This document shows positions 30,130 to 40,801 of a stretch of DNA of 64,000 bases, piece by piece; positions within the stretch are counted from its first letter, which is position 1; every line of letters begins with the position of its first letter. The DNA lies in assembly GCA_021794195.1 (NCBI GenBank), contig JAJYRG010000003.1:10242-74241 (forward strand), given 5' to 3'. This stretch comes from Bacteroidota bacterium. GTDB taxonomy: Bacteria; Bacteroidota; Bacteroidia; Sphingobacteriales; Sphingobacteriaceae. A model generated the notes under the pieces. It was not told the origin of the DNA, searched no databases, and saw only the letters and a list, made by a program, of their open reading frames with translations. The position numbers and the translations under genes are program-made.

Positions 30130-30609
30130 ATGAAAAAAATTGAATATTCATTAGACCGTATTGATTTGCAAATCCTGAAAATGATGCAGGAAAATGCCCG
30201 CATAAACAATGCAGATATAGCCCGAGAACTCGGTATGGCGCCTTCAGCTATCTTAGAACGTGTAAAAAAGCTGGAGAAGAAAGAAGTAATCTTAAGTTAC
30301 CATGCTAAAATAAATCCTCTCGCTTTAGATCAAAAGTTGCTCTCTTTTATTTTTATCAAAACAAAAGACATTATCGGTGAACAATCCATTGGACGAATTT
30401 TAGCCGGAATCCCTCAAGTACTGGAAGTGCATGATATTGTCGGAGATGATGGTTACCTCATAAAAGTCCGGACTCAAGACTCTATTGGCTTAGTCGATCT
30501 TATGCGGGATAGTTTGAGCAAAATTGAAGGTATTATATCTACCCGCACTATTATTGTGCTTCAGACAGTCAAAGAAGAATCAAGTTTACATATCGTAGAT
30601 AAAAAATAA
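30130..30609 (+). CDS. Lrp/AsnC-family transcriptional regulator
   Basis: LDRIDLQILKMMQENARI..ADIARELGM HTH; RAM domain (VGDDGYLIKV). Confidence 0.93.
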   Translation: MKKIEYSLDRIDLQILKMMQENARINNADIARELGMAPSAILERVKKLEKKEVILSYHAKINPLALDQKLLSFIFIKTKDIIGEQSIGRILAGIPQVLEVHDIVGDDGYLIKVRTQDSIGLVDLMRDSLSKIEGIISTRTIIVLQTVKEESSLHIVDKK

Positions 30610-30612
30610 TAC

Positions 30613-31704
30613 ATGGATTTAAAAGAAAGAAAAACGAAGACATTTCAAATTGTAGCTGCTTATTTAGTGGTTTACATTGTCTGGGGTTCTACTTTCTTTT
30701 TCATAGAAAAAGCTTTACGGAGTTTTCCACCTTTTGTATTAGGCTCAATTCGTTTCTTAATTGCTGGTTCTCTTTTATTAAGCTATTGCTATTTTAAAGG
30801 ATATAAGCTTTATCTTAAAAAAGATGTATTACAAGCTGTCTTTATAGGATTTATGCTTCTTTTTGTAGATATGGCAGCCATCATTTGGTCCGAACAGTTT
30901 ATTTCGAGTGGTATTGTGGTTATTATTTCTTCAGCAGCAGCCATTTGGTTTATTGTTTTTGATAAACCTAAATGGAAAGAGAATTTCCGGAGTATCCCTA
31001 TTGTTTTGGGTCTGTTGTTAGGTTTTTTTGGCGTGTTTCTACTCTTTGCCGAACAAATCATTCACAATAATAGTGGCCAAGAAAATCAAACGCAAGCTTT
31101 AATCGCTATGGTGGTAATGACATTAGGCACTATAGGTTGGACTATTGGTTCTTTATATTCGAAATATACCCAAGAAAAAAAGGAGCAAAATTCAGAAAGT
31201 ATACCTCATCTGAATGTAATCGTAAAAACTGCATGGCAAATGATTGTGGCGGGATTTACTTTTAGTTGTGTGGCTTTAGTAAACGGTGAATATAATCGCT
31301 TTGATTGGCGTGAAGTACTTCCGTCTGATTGGTTTTCAATAGCTTATTTAATTACAATGGGTTCCATTCTGGCGTTCAGCTGCTATTTATGGTTACTTCA
31401 AGAACGACCGGCAACAGAAGTTAGTACCTATGCTTATGTCAATCCGATTATCGCCCTGCTTCTGGCTCATTTATTTACAGATCATATCGTCACCAGTGTT
31501 CAAATAATGGGGCTTATCGTTGTTTTAATAAGCGTTTTATTGATGAATTGGAATTTATATATGAGCAAAAGAACATGGGTAAAAATCCGCAAACAACGTC
31601 CATTGAAAAGATTACGCTATATGGCTCTTAAAAGTAGTATTCCCAGAATCACTGAAGTTTCGGAATTTGAAAATAGACGGCGGCGGAAGTCTAAGCATAA
31701 GTAA
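30613..31704 (+). CDS. EamA/DMT family transporter
   Basis: VYIVWGSTF and YAYVNPIIA motifs, 10 TM; 3 nt after the lrp-family gene. Confidence 0.92.
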   Translation: MDLKERKTKTFQIVAAYLVVYIVWGSTFFFIEKALRSFPPFVLGSIRFLIAGSLLLSYCYFKGYKLYLKKDVLQAVFIGFMLLFVDMAAIIWSEQFISSGIVVIISSAAAIWFIVFDKPKWKENFRSIPIVLGLLLGFFGVFLLFAEQIIHNNSGQENQTQALIAMVVMTLGTIGWTIGSLYSKYTQEKKEQNSESIPHLNVIVKTAWQMIVAGFTFSCVALVNGEYNRFDWREVLPSDWFSIAYLITMGSILAFSCYLWLLQERPATEVSTYAYVNPIIALLLAHLFTDHIVTSVQIMGLIVVLISVLLMNWNLYMSKRTWVKIRKQRPLKRLRYMALKSSIPRITEVSEFENRRRRKSKHK

Positions 31705-31722
31705 CCCGTCCAGCCCCGTTAT

Positions 31723-32355
31723 TTATTCAAATTCAATTTCTCCAAAATATTCCGGTAAATGAAAATTAGGCGTTTCATTTTTTATGGAATTCCATGATAT
31801 ATAATGAGCTTGAGGCAAATCATCTCCGCATTTATAAAAATTCGCATGCATCCTTTTGCCCGATATTTCATTCAATTCCAGAATTTCAATGGGTATAACT
31901 AATATTATCCCCCATTGTTTATTTTCTATTTTTCCTTGTATAGCAGAAAACACATCTACTTGATCAATAATTTCCGAATTCAGACGGGCTCTATTTGATT
32001 TTTCTGCTGTTCCGTAACCAATGATCCCAGCTCCCACAACATTAAATTCAAAATTATAATAGGTTTTCTTCTCATCTAATGATATAAAAAACTCTACACA
32101 ACTGTCTTTCCATATATCTTCGTTGTGCCGGATAGCCAATGCCCGAACATACTCTTCTTTTACTTTATAATGTAAAACAATCTGAGTAGCCGTATGGGCA
32201 ATCTGAAACTCACACCTGGGTGTGTAAGGGAATTCCTCTGGCCAATTACATTCATCTATAAAATGCCAGTGTAGATCTTTTAACTGCTGCTGTAAGCTAA
32301 AGTAGGTATGAGATCCTTCTATAGGCTTTATTTTATTAACTATTAAGCTTTTCAT
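31723..32355 (-). CDS. Carbohydrate-binding family 9-like (DOMON-like) protein
   Basis: WKDSCVEFF and NFYKCGD...HYISW motifs; overlaps the kinase stop by 20 nt. Confidence 0.8.
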   Translation of the reverse strand: MKSLIVNKIKPIEGSHTYFSLQQQLKDLHWHFIDECNWPEEFPYTPRCEFQIAHTATQIVLHYKVKEEYVRALAIRHNEDIWKDSCVEFFISLDEKKTYYNFEFNVVGAGIIGYGTAEKSNRARLNSEIIDQVDVFSAIQGKIENKQWGIILVIPIEILELNEISGKRMHANFYKCGDDLPQAHYISWNSIKNETPNFHLPEYFGEIEFE

Positions 32356-33463
32356 GCTTTAGGCTTTGTTCAATTAAGATATCTTTTAACTCATTTTTAT
32401 GCATTTCCATTTCCTGCACTAATTTAAATTGTGTTTTGGCACGGACGAGATTATGCTCTGGGTATTCCACTTTATAATAATGGTCACCTTCAAGATAATC
32501 AGTCAGGAACCGGACACCAATCATGTACGGCAATAAAAACACACCCTCCAACAATGAGGTGATTTCATTATCCGTTAAGAAAGACTTCGTTTGAGATAAA
32601 TACCCTTCTACATAGGCTTGATATAAAGGAATATTCAGTCTTACTTTCTCTAATTCCGGTTCGTCTTCTGCGGCAGTATTAATAATCGTCCGTATTGCAT
32701 CTCCAAAATCATAAGCAATATACCCCGGCATCACCGTATCTAAGTCAATAACACATTGTACATTATCATCTTTATCTAACAATACATTATTGAACTTTGT
32801 GTCGTTATGGGTTATACGCAGAGGTAATTCTCCAGCTTCTCCCCTCTTTAGGATACCGTGCATCCCTTCTTCCCTTTCCATCACGAAGTTTAAAATATCG
32901 GTTACATCTTTCACTCTGTTTTTTTTATCTTCCCGGATAGCTTTTCGAAGGTTATCCATTCTAAATCTAATATTATGAAAATTTGGAATAACTTCGATTA
33001 ATTTAGTAGCGTCCATATCTGATAACAGGCTTTGGAACTCACCAAAAGCCTTTCCACCGGAGCGGGCTTGTTCTTTTTTTTCTACAATATCATAACTTTT
33101 TGTGCCATCCAAAAAAACAAACATACGCCAGTAATTTCCCTTTTCATCTCTGTAGTAGCTTTCTCCGCCGCGTGTAGGGACAATCGTCAAACTACGCCTT
33201 GTTGAACTGCCTTTCTTCTGAGCTTCGTATTTTTCTTTTAAATGGTCGAGTACCAAAGTCATGTTATTCATCAACCCTTCGATGTTCGGAAACACATGGT
33301 GATTTATCCTTTGCAAAAGATATTGTCTGTTTGATCCGTCAGATATTTTAACCTTATAAGTATCGTTGATATGCCCTGAACCGAATGGTTTTACATATTG
33401 TACTTTCCCCTCAATAAAAAATATATTCACAACTTGAATAACTTGCGGCTTATTAATCCCCAT
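32336..33463 (-). CDS. APH-fold sugar kinase (N-acetylhexosamine 1-kinase / AmgK-like)
   Basis: GSGHINDTY, LQRINH.VF, HNDTKFNN and IDLDT motifs. Confidence 0.85.
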   Translation of the reverse strand: MGINKPQVIQVVNIFFIEGKVQYVKPFGSGHINDTYKVKISDGSNRQYLLQRINHHVFPNIEGLMNNMTLVLDHLKEKYEAQKKGSSTRRSLTIVPTRGGESYYRDEKGNYWRMFVFLDGTKSYDIVEKKEQARSGGKAFGEFQSLLSDMDATKLIEVIPNFHNIRFRMDNLRKAIREDKKNRVKDVTDILNFVMEREEGMHGILKRGEAGELPLRITHNDTKFNNVLLDKDDNVQCVIDLDTVMPGYIAYDFGDAIRTIINTAAEDEPELEKVRLNIPLYQAYVEGYLSQTKSFLTDNEITSLLEGVFLLPYMIGVRFLTDYLEGDHYYKVEYPEHNLVRAKTQFKLVQEMEMHKNELKDILIEQSLKHEKLNS

Positions 33464-33822
33464 CAGAATTTTAGTTTTATTATTTCCTTTTAAATAAAGA
33501 GCTCAAAGTACTTATTAAGGACGTATTCTAAAAATAAAAATAGATATCAAACGTTTGTTTATTTTTCACAGCCCTTTATAACTAACCTTTTTTTTCACAT
33601 CTTCACAATTTGCACCGTCACATAAACGCTCCTGTTATTCTGTTTACAAAATTTTCGGAAGATATTTTTCTCTATTGTAAGCAAGGCATTTATTCTTATG
33701 TTAAAAGATGTTAAGCTTAAAGACCATATGTAATATTAAAAGACTACTTTACGTTATAAGGGTACAAAAACAGTAATATAATAGTAGTAATTATTTTTCA
33801 TTATTGGGTTAATAATTGGTTT

Positions 33823-33853
33823 AGAATCCTGAGGCTCCCCGTCTCAGGATTCT
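33823..33853. terminator. Hairpin downstream of the nucleotidyltransferase
   Basis: AGAATCCTGAG-9nt-CTCAGGATTCT. Confidence 0.5.
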
Positions 33854-33895
33854 TATTTTTAGATTAAAGTATTTAAATAAAGTAAGTTTAACCTT

Positions 33896-34822
33896 CTAAA
33901 ATAATTTTTCAGGATAAGCTCCCTTTTCGATCAATTCATTTATTGAAGATTGTACAACAGGTTTATCTTCTTTGTAAGTGACGCCAAACCATTTAGACGA
34001 AGTAGGTAAAACTTTAAATTGTGCTTGTCCAGATTTAACCAGATGATCGGCTACTAATGGAATAAAAAACTCCGCTTTGGGATTATCTTTGTTTTCATGA
34101 GCAAACGTCTGAAACAACTCTTGAGTTATTTTGAAAACATGAGGTGTGAAGCCCCAAAAATTCATCGATACGCGGCTTTCCGGATTAATTTCATGTTCTT
34201 CATCTTCTTCCTCATACATAACTTTTGATTCTCCTCCTGCAGCGTTAGCGCAATAAATCTTTGTTCGTTCAGTTATGGTTTCGAGGTTTCCATTGTCGTC
34301 TACTTGACACACGCCACGGGATACATAGCCATGTTCCGATAGAGTATTGTCTAATTGGTAGCCCACCAAAGAAAAATTGTTATCAGTTACTTCCTGATTT
34401 AAAAACTCAGCCATTTTTTCAAATGCATCGGAACCATAAAAGTCATCCGCATTGATGACACAAAAAGGCTCATTTATTTTGTCATGGGCCGATAATACAG
34501 CGTGAGCAGTTCCCCAAGGTTTAGCACGTTCTATATTTTCTGATATCCCGAACGGACTCAAATCATACGATTGAAGGGCGTAATCCACTTTTATCTTTCC
34601 TTCGAGTTTTGGGTTAAAAACCTCTTTCATTTTATCTAAGAATTCTTCTCTTACAATAAACACTACTTTACCAAAACCTGCTTGGATAGCATCATAAATG
34701 GAATAATCAATTATCGTTTCGCCATTAGGTCCAAAAGCATCCATTTGCTTTAAAGAGCCATATCGGCTTCCCATACCTGCTGCTAAAATTAATAAAGTAG
34801 GCTTTTGTTTTTTCATATCCAT
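33896..34822 (-). CDS. Sugar-phosphate nucleotidyltransferase (NDP-sugar synthase family)
   Basis: LLILAAGMGSRYGSLKQ, KPWGTAHA, INADDFYG motifs. Confidence 0.88.
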   Translation of the reverse strand: MDMKKQKPTLLILAAGMGSRYGSLKQMDAFGPNGETIIDYSIYDAIQAGFGKVVFIVREEFLDKMKEVFNPKLEGKIKVDYALQSYDLSPFGISENIERAKPWGTAHAVLSAHDKINEPFCVINADDFYGSDAFEKMAEFLNQEVTDNNFSLVGYQLDNTLSEHGYVSRGVCQVDDNGNLETITERTKIYCANAAGGESKVMYEEEDEEHEINPESRVSMNFWGFTPHVFKITQELFQTFAHENKDNPKAEFFIPLVADHLVKSGQAQFKVLPTSSKWFGVTYKEDKPVVQSSINELIEKGAYPEKLF

Positions 34823-34991
34823 CTTTGTTGTGTATTTATAATTTAATTCATTAATATCGTTTCTTCATCCTGAGGATTACGCGTAAAAATACGGAGTATT
34901 AGACGGAGTTCAAAGATTGTGTGCTGTATTCTTAGAATAGACAGATAAAAAATGTCTCTATTTGCCAAAATTTATAATTTCTGTTCCTTTA

Positions 34992-37025
34992 TTATTTTAT
35001 TTTCTCATCAAATGCCTTGGGCCTTACCATATCTTCTATATATACATTTCCGAAGTTGTCCGTCACTTTAATTTTTAAAGTACTTGTAGCATTGGACGCT
35101 GTAACTTTGAACATATGTGCAGTTAATGCCGAAGTAAAAGCTGAAGTAGGATCCGCATTACGCTCTAGCCTCTGCGCATTATAAGAGATAATATGGAGGG
35201 GGTCTCTGACGCGCACTCTTGTCACATGAAGAGGCTTCCCGTTCTCTGTGACTTCAACCTTCCACCCCTGGGCATAATTCCAGACATTGATCAGCACTTC
35301 ATTTTTTGTATTAGGGCTTGTGTACCCTTCGGCATATTTATCCCATTCCGTACCCGTATAATTAGGGGCATATTTATTTGAAGTAATATGGACCTCATTT
35401 AAATCATAAGCTCTAAATTGATAGTCTTTATTGTGACCAATGCCCTTGTAACACCATTTTAAGTTTGTACCCTCAACTTCCCAAATATCATAACCGCCCG
35501 GGCTTCCATCTTTACAAATATGATTGCCTGCATAACCATCTTTGCCTGTCCACCACCAAGTCGCGCAAACTGCGGCTATATTATGCTCCATAACCGTAGA
35601 TGAAGTTTGAATATTATAATTCATATGTGTATGCGCCGTAAGTAAATGCACATTTGAAAAACCATTTAAAACATCTAAAAACTTATTTGGATCATCTAAC
35701 CGCCAACTAGTCATTTCCTGTCCATTAGCATTTAAGCTTGGATTTGAGTTAAGTTGTATATGCATAGCTATAATAAGAGGTGCACTTTTATCTGAAATCA
35801 TGGCAAGATCTTTCTTCAGCCAGTCAATCTGTTCTTGAACAATTTTAGCATTATAACTTCTCGGGTTATCGTTATCGACATCATTTATATATTCAGTATT
35901 ATCAAGAACAACATAATGCGCTTTACCTATATTAAAAGAATAATATGTAGGACCGATTACATTTCGATATCGTTCCTCAGCTTGCCAATCATTATAACTG
36001 TAGTTCGGATCATTATCGTGATTTCCCATAGTATGAAAAACAGGAGCTCCTATTTTTTTCTTCTCTCGAAGATAGTCCGGCAAAGCATAATCCTTGCTAT
36101 ACCAATACGTATCCCAGGTCATATCTCCAAGTGTCAACGCATATACTTTTTTTCCAGTATTTTCATATTCTCGGATAGATTGATTCACATCCCTGAGAAA
36201 ATCATTTTGAAACTGTTTAATGTCGTTATTTCTGTTAGCTAAATGCATATCTCCCAAAACCATCATCACATGATCATCATTTTGTACCGGAAAAAGTTCG
36301 AAATCCTTTATTTCCACCGTCGAAACAGGCTGCGTCAAACGATTGAAAAATAAGGGAGAATTTTCTTCTTCTACTCCCACTTCATAATTTCCAGGGATGG
36401 AAACAAATACATATTTTCCTTTCTTTTGAGACGGTAAATAATAAACTCCATTCTTATCCGTCACCGCAACTTCGAAACCATCCGAAACTACTACATCTTT
36501 TAAGCCTTTACCTTCCGCATAGACAACACCCTTTACTGTCATCCCTTCCCTATCGGGAATATCCGGATTGAAAACAAGATCTAAAACCGAGTCCCCTAAA
36601 TAGAACAAGTTTCCTCCCCGTTTTACAGATATTTTATATCCATCAGAAGCAAAGTCTTCAGGCATTTGACAAATAATATGCGTATCTGTTACCTCCTTAG
36701 AGTCAAGGGTATTGGAGTTGTTTGCATTCCCTGTCAATGATGAGAATGTTAATTGATCACCTGCTTCAAATCCTTCACCCCTTATCTTAAACTCCCCTCC
36801 TTTTTTAACATTCAATTGTGTAGGAAGATCAATGTTGGTTATAGATAATTTATTATTCGGATCCCTAATTTCTAAATCACTGTCATCATCCGGTGTTTTA
36901 GAATTCGCTTTTTTTTCACAGCTATATAGATTAAAATTAAGCCCTAATCCTGTCATTACAAACGAAGAGCGGATAAATATCCTACGATTAATTGTTTTTG
37001 TTCCTTTCATTCTTATTTTTCTCAA
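34992..37025 (-). CDS. Calcineurin-like metallophosphoesterase, Tat-type lipoprotein
   Basis: RRIFIRSS twin-arginine signal with YSC lipobox; GDMH, LGDM, GNHD and AHTH motifs; N- and C-terminal accessory domains. Confidence 0.85.
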   Translation of the reverse strand: MRKIRMKGTKTINRRIFIRSSFVMTGLGLNFNLYSCEKKANSKTPDDDSDLEIRDPNNKLSITNIDLPTQLNVKKGGEFKIRGEGFEAGDQLTFSSLTGNANNSNTLDSKEVTDTHIICQMPEDFASDGYKISVKRGGNLFYLGDSVLDLVFNPDIPDREGMTVKGVVYAEGKGLKDVVVSDGFEVAVTDKNGVYYLPSQKKGKYVFVSIPGNYEVGVEEENSPLFFNRLTQPVSTVEIKDFELFPVQNDDHVMMVLGDMHLANRNNDIKQFQNDFLRDVNQSIREYENTGKKVYALTLGDMTWDTYWYSKDYALPDYLREKKKIGAPVFHTMGNHDNDPNYSYNDWQAEERYRNVIGPTYYSFNIGKAHYVVLDNTEYINDVDNDNPRSYNAKIVQEQIDWLKKDLAMISDKSAPLIIAMHIQLNSNPSLNANGQEMTSWRLDDPNKFLDVLNGFSNVHLLTAHTHMNYNIQTSSTVMEHNIAAVCATWWWTGKDGYAGNHICKDGSPGGYDIWEVEGTNLKWCYKGIGHNKDYQFRAYDLNEVHITSNKYAPNYTGTEWDKYAEGYTSPNTKNEVLINVWNYAQGWKVEVTENGKPLHVTRVRVRDPLHIISYNAQRLERNADPTSAFTSALTAHMFKVTASNATSTLKIKVTDNFGNVYIEDMVRPKAFDEKIK

Positions 37026-37241
37026 AAGTTCTTATAACTGAAGACAAATAAGTTTACCCGATTATAAGGGTTATGTCTCCATGAACTAAATATGCAAAAT
37101 TTTTAAAAGCACTTTTAATAAAGGTGACAGGCAGCCTTTCTACATCCATCCTCTCTATGAAAAATTAAACAAGCTGTTTACATAAAAAACAATTACCTTG
37201 ATGTACAGAAGGGGAAATTATCAAATAATAAAGTTCACATA

Positions 37242-37889
37242 TTAGTCATACACGAAAATTTCCCCGATACTTCCATTACTTGTAAAAGTAGTATTCAGAT
37301 CGATTAATTCTCCAGTGCAGATATCTATTACCATTCCATGTACCGCTAAGTTATGGCGTTCCTTCCAAGCATTTTGTATAATTGAGGTACTGCATAAATT
37401 GAGCACCTGTTCTTCCACATTCAACTCTACTAATCTTTTCTTTTTTTCTTCGATATCCTCAATAGCATCTAATTCTTTTGCGTGAATCCTATATACATCT
37501 TTTACATGGCTCAACCAATTATCGATAATCCCATGTTGCTGGCGGCTCAAAGCTGCCGCAATTCCTCCGCAGCCGTAATGGCCAGCTACAATAATATGTT
37601 TGACATGCAACGTATTTACAGCAAAATCCAGGACACTCAGCATATTCATATCCGAATGGACGCACATATTGGCTATGTTTCGATGCACAAAGACTTCTCC
37701 AGGACGGTTCCCAGTAAGCTCGTTAGCCGGAACCCGGCTGTCTGCACAGCCTATCCAAAGTAATTCTGGGTGCTGTCCTTGGGCTAATTGCTCAAATCGA
37801 CCCGACGTATCTTTTTTTACAAAGTCTACCCAATCTTTATTGCCTTCAATAATTTTACGAAAACTTTTTTCTAAATCATTCTTTCCCAT
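37242..37889 (-). CDS. can: Beta-class carbonic anhydrase
   Basis: IGCADSRVP, HRNIAN, GHYGCGG; start placed at 37889 (MGKND). Confidence 0.93.
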   Translation of the reverse strand: MGKNDLEKSFRKIIEGNKDWVDFVKKDTSGRFEQLAQGQHPELLWIGCADSRVPANELTGNRPGEVFVHRNIANMCVHSDMNMLSVLDFAVNTLHVKHIIVAGHYGCGGIAAALSRQQHGIIDNWLSHVKDVYRIHAKELDAIEDIEEKKKRLVELNVEEQVLNLCSTSIIQNAWKERHNLAVHGMVIDICTGELIDLNTTFTSNGSIGEIFVYD

Positions 37890-38006
37890 AAGCGAATTAT
37901 ATTTTATAAAAAAGCAAATTAACATAATTTAAGGTATATATAACATAAAATCAGAGGTTATTTTTGGTAAATAATAATCCTTTCCTATGAACAAAGAACC
38001 ATAAAT

Positions 38007-38040
38007 ATCTAATAGTTGAGCGGATACTCAACTATTAGAT
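38007..38040. terminator. Hairpin downstream of the phospholipase C gene
   Basis: ATCTAATAGTTGAG-CGGATA-CTCAACTATTAGAT (14-bp arms). Confidence 0.65.
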
Positions 38041-38068
38041 AAAATAAAATGATTATAAATGAGATAAA

Positions 38069-40561
38069 TTAACTTCCAATCTGTGGATCCGTATAGCCCA
38101 TCTTTCCGACTTCTATTCTTCCGGCGTACGACCACAGATAGTTCTTGTATTTTTCTAAAATAATATCGAAATCATACCAATAATGGCTGTCTTTAAAGTC
38201 AATTGTTCTTTTTCGTTCTGTTTTTGGTTTTATTTCCATTTCTATAGGCTCTTTCCCATAAGCCTTATCTTGTATTTTGAGATGAATAGGCTCGTTTCCA
38301 GTATTTTGGAGAGATAATATTACTTTTCCCATATAAGCGTTCCCCTGTTTTTCATAAGTCAAACTCGTTGTCAAGTCCGGATTCTCTCCAGAGTTTTTAA
38401 ATCTCCTATAAAATCCATTTGGCCCATGTATATCCAGATCATAAGATTTGTCATGACCAAATTCAAACTCATCGCTTACTTTATCTCCGGCTTTCACAGC
38501 ATACGAACGGATTTGATCGTTAAAATAAACAGTGAAGGGTGCCCCTTTACTCTTTTTTCCAAAGACAGAATTGTCAGCCATTAGCTCCAAGTGAATCTGA
38601 TTTTTTTGAGGAAATACTTTTCCATCGACATATAGCTCATAAGGCAATATACAAGAAGCCCGTTGTCCCTTTTCTTGTTTAGGGAGCAAGTTTTTATACG
38701 GAAATTCGTTTTGTTCAATTTCATTTTTTGTACGGGGTTCAAAGCCCTTCGGCAGACCTTTGTATCTAGATTGGTGGATATTTTCCAGATATTCATTCCG
38801 TTCGATAAAAGGCAGCTTTTTACGTAGGTTTTTTTGAGTTTTCCCATCACTGAATACCGAAGTCAGATCTCCACAAATTGTCCTTCTCCATGCACTTATT
38901 TGATCCATATGGATCTTTTTATTGAACTTATTACTTAAAAAATGTTCTAAAAACTGCAAAGTTGAAGTATGATCGAATACCTCCGAACAGACTTTACCAC
39001 CTTTGCTCCAGGGAGAGGCAACAATCATCGGAACACGAAAGCCTAAGCCTATAGGACCACTTCGTGCGGTCCCTTTACTTCTACCTTCTTCTATTTCTTC
39101 CTCCTTGGTCACATACTCTATCTCATTGTCAATACCTTTAGAAGAAACCCCACTCTTTTTCTTCTGCGGGTTAGGGGGAACAAATGGAGGAACATGATCA
39201 TAATATCCGTCATTTTCATCATAAGTCATGATAAAGATAGTCTTTTTCCATACCTCCGGATTTTCGGTAAGAATATCAATAATTTCAGAGATGTACCATG
39301 AGCCGTACCAAGGAGAGCTCGGGTGATCAGAGTACCGCTGAGCGGGCACCAACCATGATACACTCGGCAATTTTCCTTTTTTGACATCTTGTCTGAATTC
39401 ATGCAGAATATCGCCTTTTGGCACTTCCATTTTACGCTTTTCCCCTTTATCATCCGTATATTCTAACTTCGCTAACTCCCGGAAATTTGGATCTTCTTTA
39501 TTCGTTGAAAACGCTTTATTATATAGATTTTTTTCTTTTTGGGATAAGCGGTTAAAATTCTCTTCCGTCCATTGGGTTAACTCCTTCCGCGCTTCTTCGA
39601 TAACCTGTTTTTTCTTTTGTAGATCTTTCTCTATCTTATTCTGTTTTTTGGAAGATAAGTCTGTTTTTTTTAGTTCCTTTCTAAGTTCTTCAGCTTCTTT
39701 AGAAACTGTTTCAAATCTTGTTTTTAAACTATTGACATAGCGATCCGAAAATCTTACATTGTAGTTTTTAAATCTCTCCAAAGGATTACATCCAAAATTA
39801 GCTAACCAAGAGCGTTCCTCTTTTTTAAACCCTCCGCCTGCGCTCAAATCATTTTGATAAATTTTCCAAGGCACTCCTGCATCTTCCAATACCTCCGGGA
39901 AAGTATTCCACTCTCCTACACCTACCCCCAATTCATTGCGTAGTTCAGCTTTTGCTTTTGCATTTTGCTCCCTTCTCAGCGTTCCTGTCCAAAAGAAAAA
40001 CCGGTTCGGCCAGGTACTCGACATAGCTGAGCAAAAATTCTGATCACAAATAGTAAATGCGTCGGCAAGTGCGTAATTAAAGGGAACATCCTGACGGTTA
40101 TAATATCCCATAGTTAATGGAATATGAGAGAAATTTTTATTTCCGACTTTTTTCGCATCAATCCAACCATTATGCCATCCATCTTTGAAAGCATCTACTT
40201 GAGAATGCCTGGAATGTGGAACTGCCCCCATCCAAGAAGATTTTGTATTCATCAAGCCAAAATGAAAAGGTGAATAAAAGTTTTCTTTAGAATCTGGCTG
40301 AAACCAAATTGGCAATCCGTTTTGTTGGCGAACAAAACGCGGGTCTTCAAAACCACGCACTCCTTGCAATGTTCCAAAAGCATGATCAAAAGCCCGGTTT
40401 TCCTGCATTAAAATAACCACATGCTCCGCATCCATATACGTACTTCCCGGAGGAGGTTCTATAGCCATAGCCTTCTTTAAAGCCGAAGGAACAGAATATT
40501 CTGCTCCGGCAATACCTGCTAATAAAAATGCTTTTTTTAAGAAGTCTCTTCGTTTATCCAT
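38069..40561 (-). CDS. Phosphocholine-specific phospholipase C (phosphoesterase family), Tat-exported
   Basis: RRDFLKK signal; EHVVILMQENRAFDH, TWPNR, YDENDGYYDHV and GLGFRVP motifs; C-terminal DUF756-type repeats. Confidence 0.92.
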   Translation of the reverse strand: MDKRRDFLKKAFLLAGIAGAEYSVPSALKKAMAIEPPPGSTYMDAEHVVILMQENRAFDHAFGTLQGVRGFEDPRFVRQQNGLPIWFQPDSKENFYSPFHFGLMNTKSSWMGAVPHSRHSQVDAFKDGWHNGWIDAKKVGNKNFSHIPLTMGYYNRQDVPFNYALADAFTICDQNFCSAMSSTWPNRFFFWTGTLRREQNAKAKAELRNELGVGVGEWNTFPEVLEDAGVPWKIYQNDLSAGGGFKKEERSWLANFGCNPLERFKNYNVRFSDRYVNSLKTRFETVSKEAEELRKELKKTDLSSKKQNKIEKDLQKKKQVIEEARKELTQWTEENFNRLSQKEKNLYNKAFSTNKEDPNFRELAKLEYTDDKGEKRKMEVPKGDILHEFRQDVKKGKLPSVSWLVPAQRYSDHPSSPWYGSWYISEIIDILTENPEVWKKTIFIMTYDENDGYYDHVPPFVPPNPQKKKSGVSSKGIDNEIEYVTKEEEIEEGRSKGTARSGPIGLGFRVPMIVASPWSKGGKVCSEVFDHTSTLQFLEHFLSNKFNKKIHMDQISAWRRTICGDLTSVFSDGKTQKNLRKKLPFIERNEYLENIHQSRYKGLPKGFEPRTKNEIEQNEFPYKNLLPKQEKGQRASCILPYELYVDGKVFPQKNQIHLELMADNSVFGKKSKGAPFTVYFNDQIRSYAVKAGDKVSDEFEFGHDKSYDLDIHGPNGFYRRFKNSGENPDLTTSLTYEKQGNAYMGKVILSLQNTGNEPIHLKIQDKAYGKEPIEMEIKPKTERKRTIDFKDSHYWYDFDIILEKYKNYLWSYAGRIEVGKMGYTDPQIGS

Positions 40562-40801
40562 ATTTTATAATCGTTTTTTCAGTGAAAAGTAAATTTAAAA
40601 TTCTTTTAATTAAATAAAGAACGTTCAGTTTACTTTTCATTTTTGTTTACTTATCTTTTTTAGCAAAACCATCCTTTTGCTTTGGCTCTATTCTTATGCT
40701 TAAAACTATTTTAAACTAAATAAGTATTTCTTCTTATCCAAACGGTTAAGCAAAGCTTTAAAATCAATTTAGTCATTAAAAAAACCGTGGTCTTTATTAT
40801 T

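Noticed and set aside
14503-40561. A GPI-anchor-like pathway (PIG-L deacetylase, DPM1-like synthase, phospholipase C in one window)
   Set aside because: The genes are 3-20 kb apart in separate operons, each belongs to a common bacterial family, and no PIG-A/M/V-type transferase or transamidase is present
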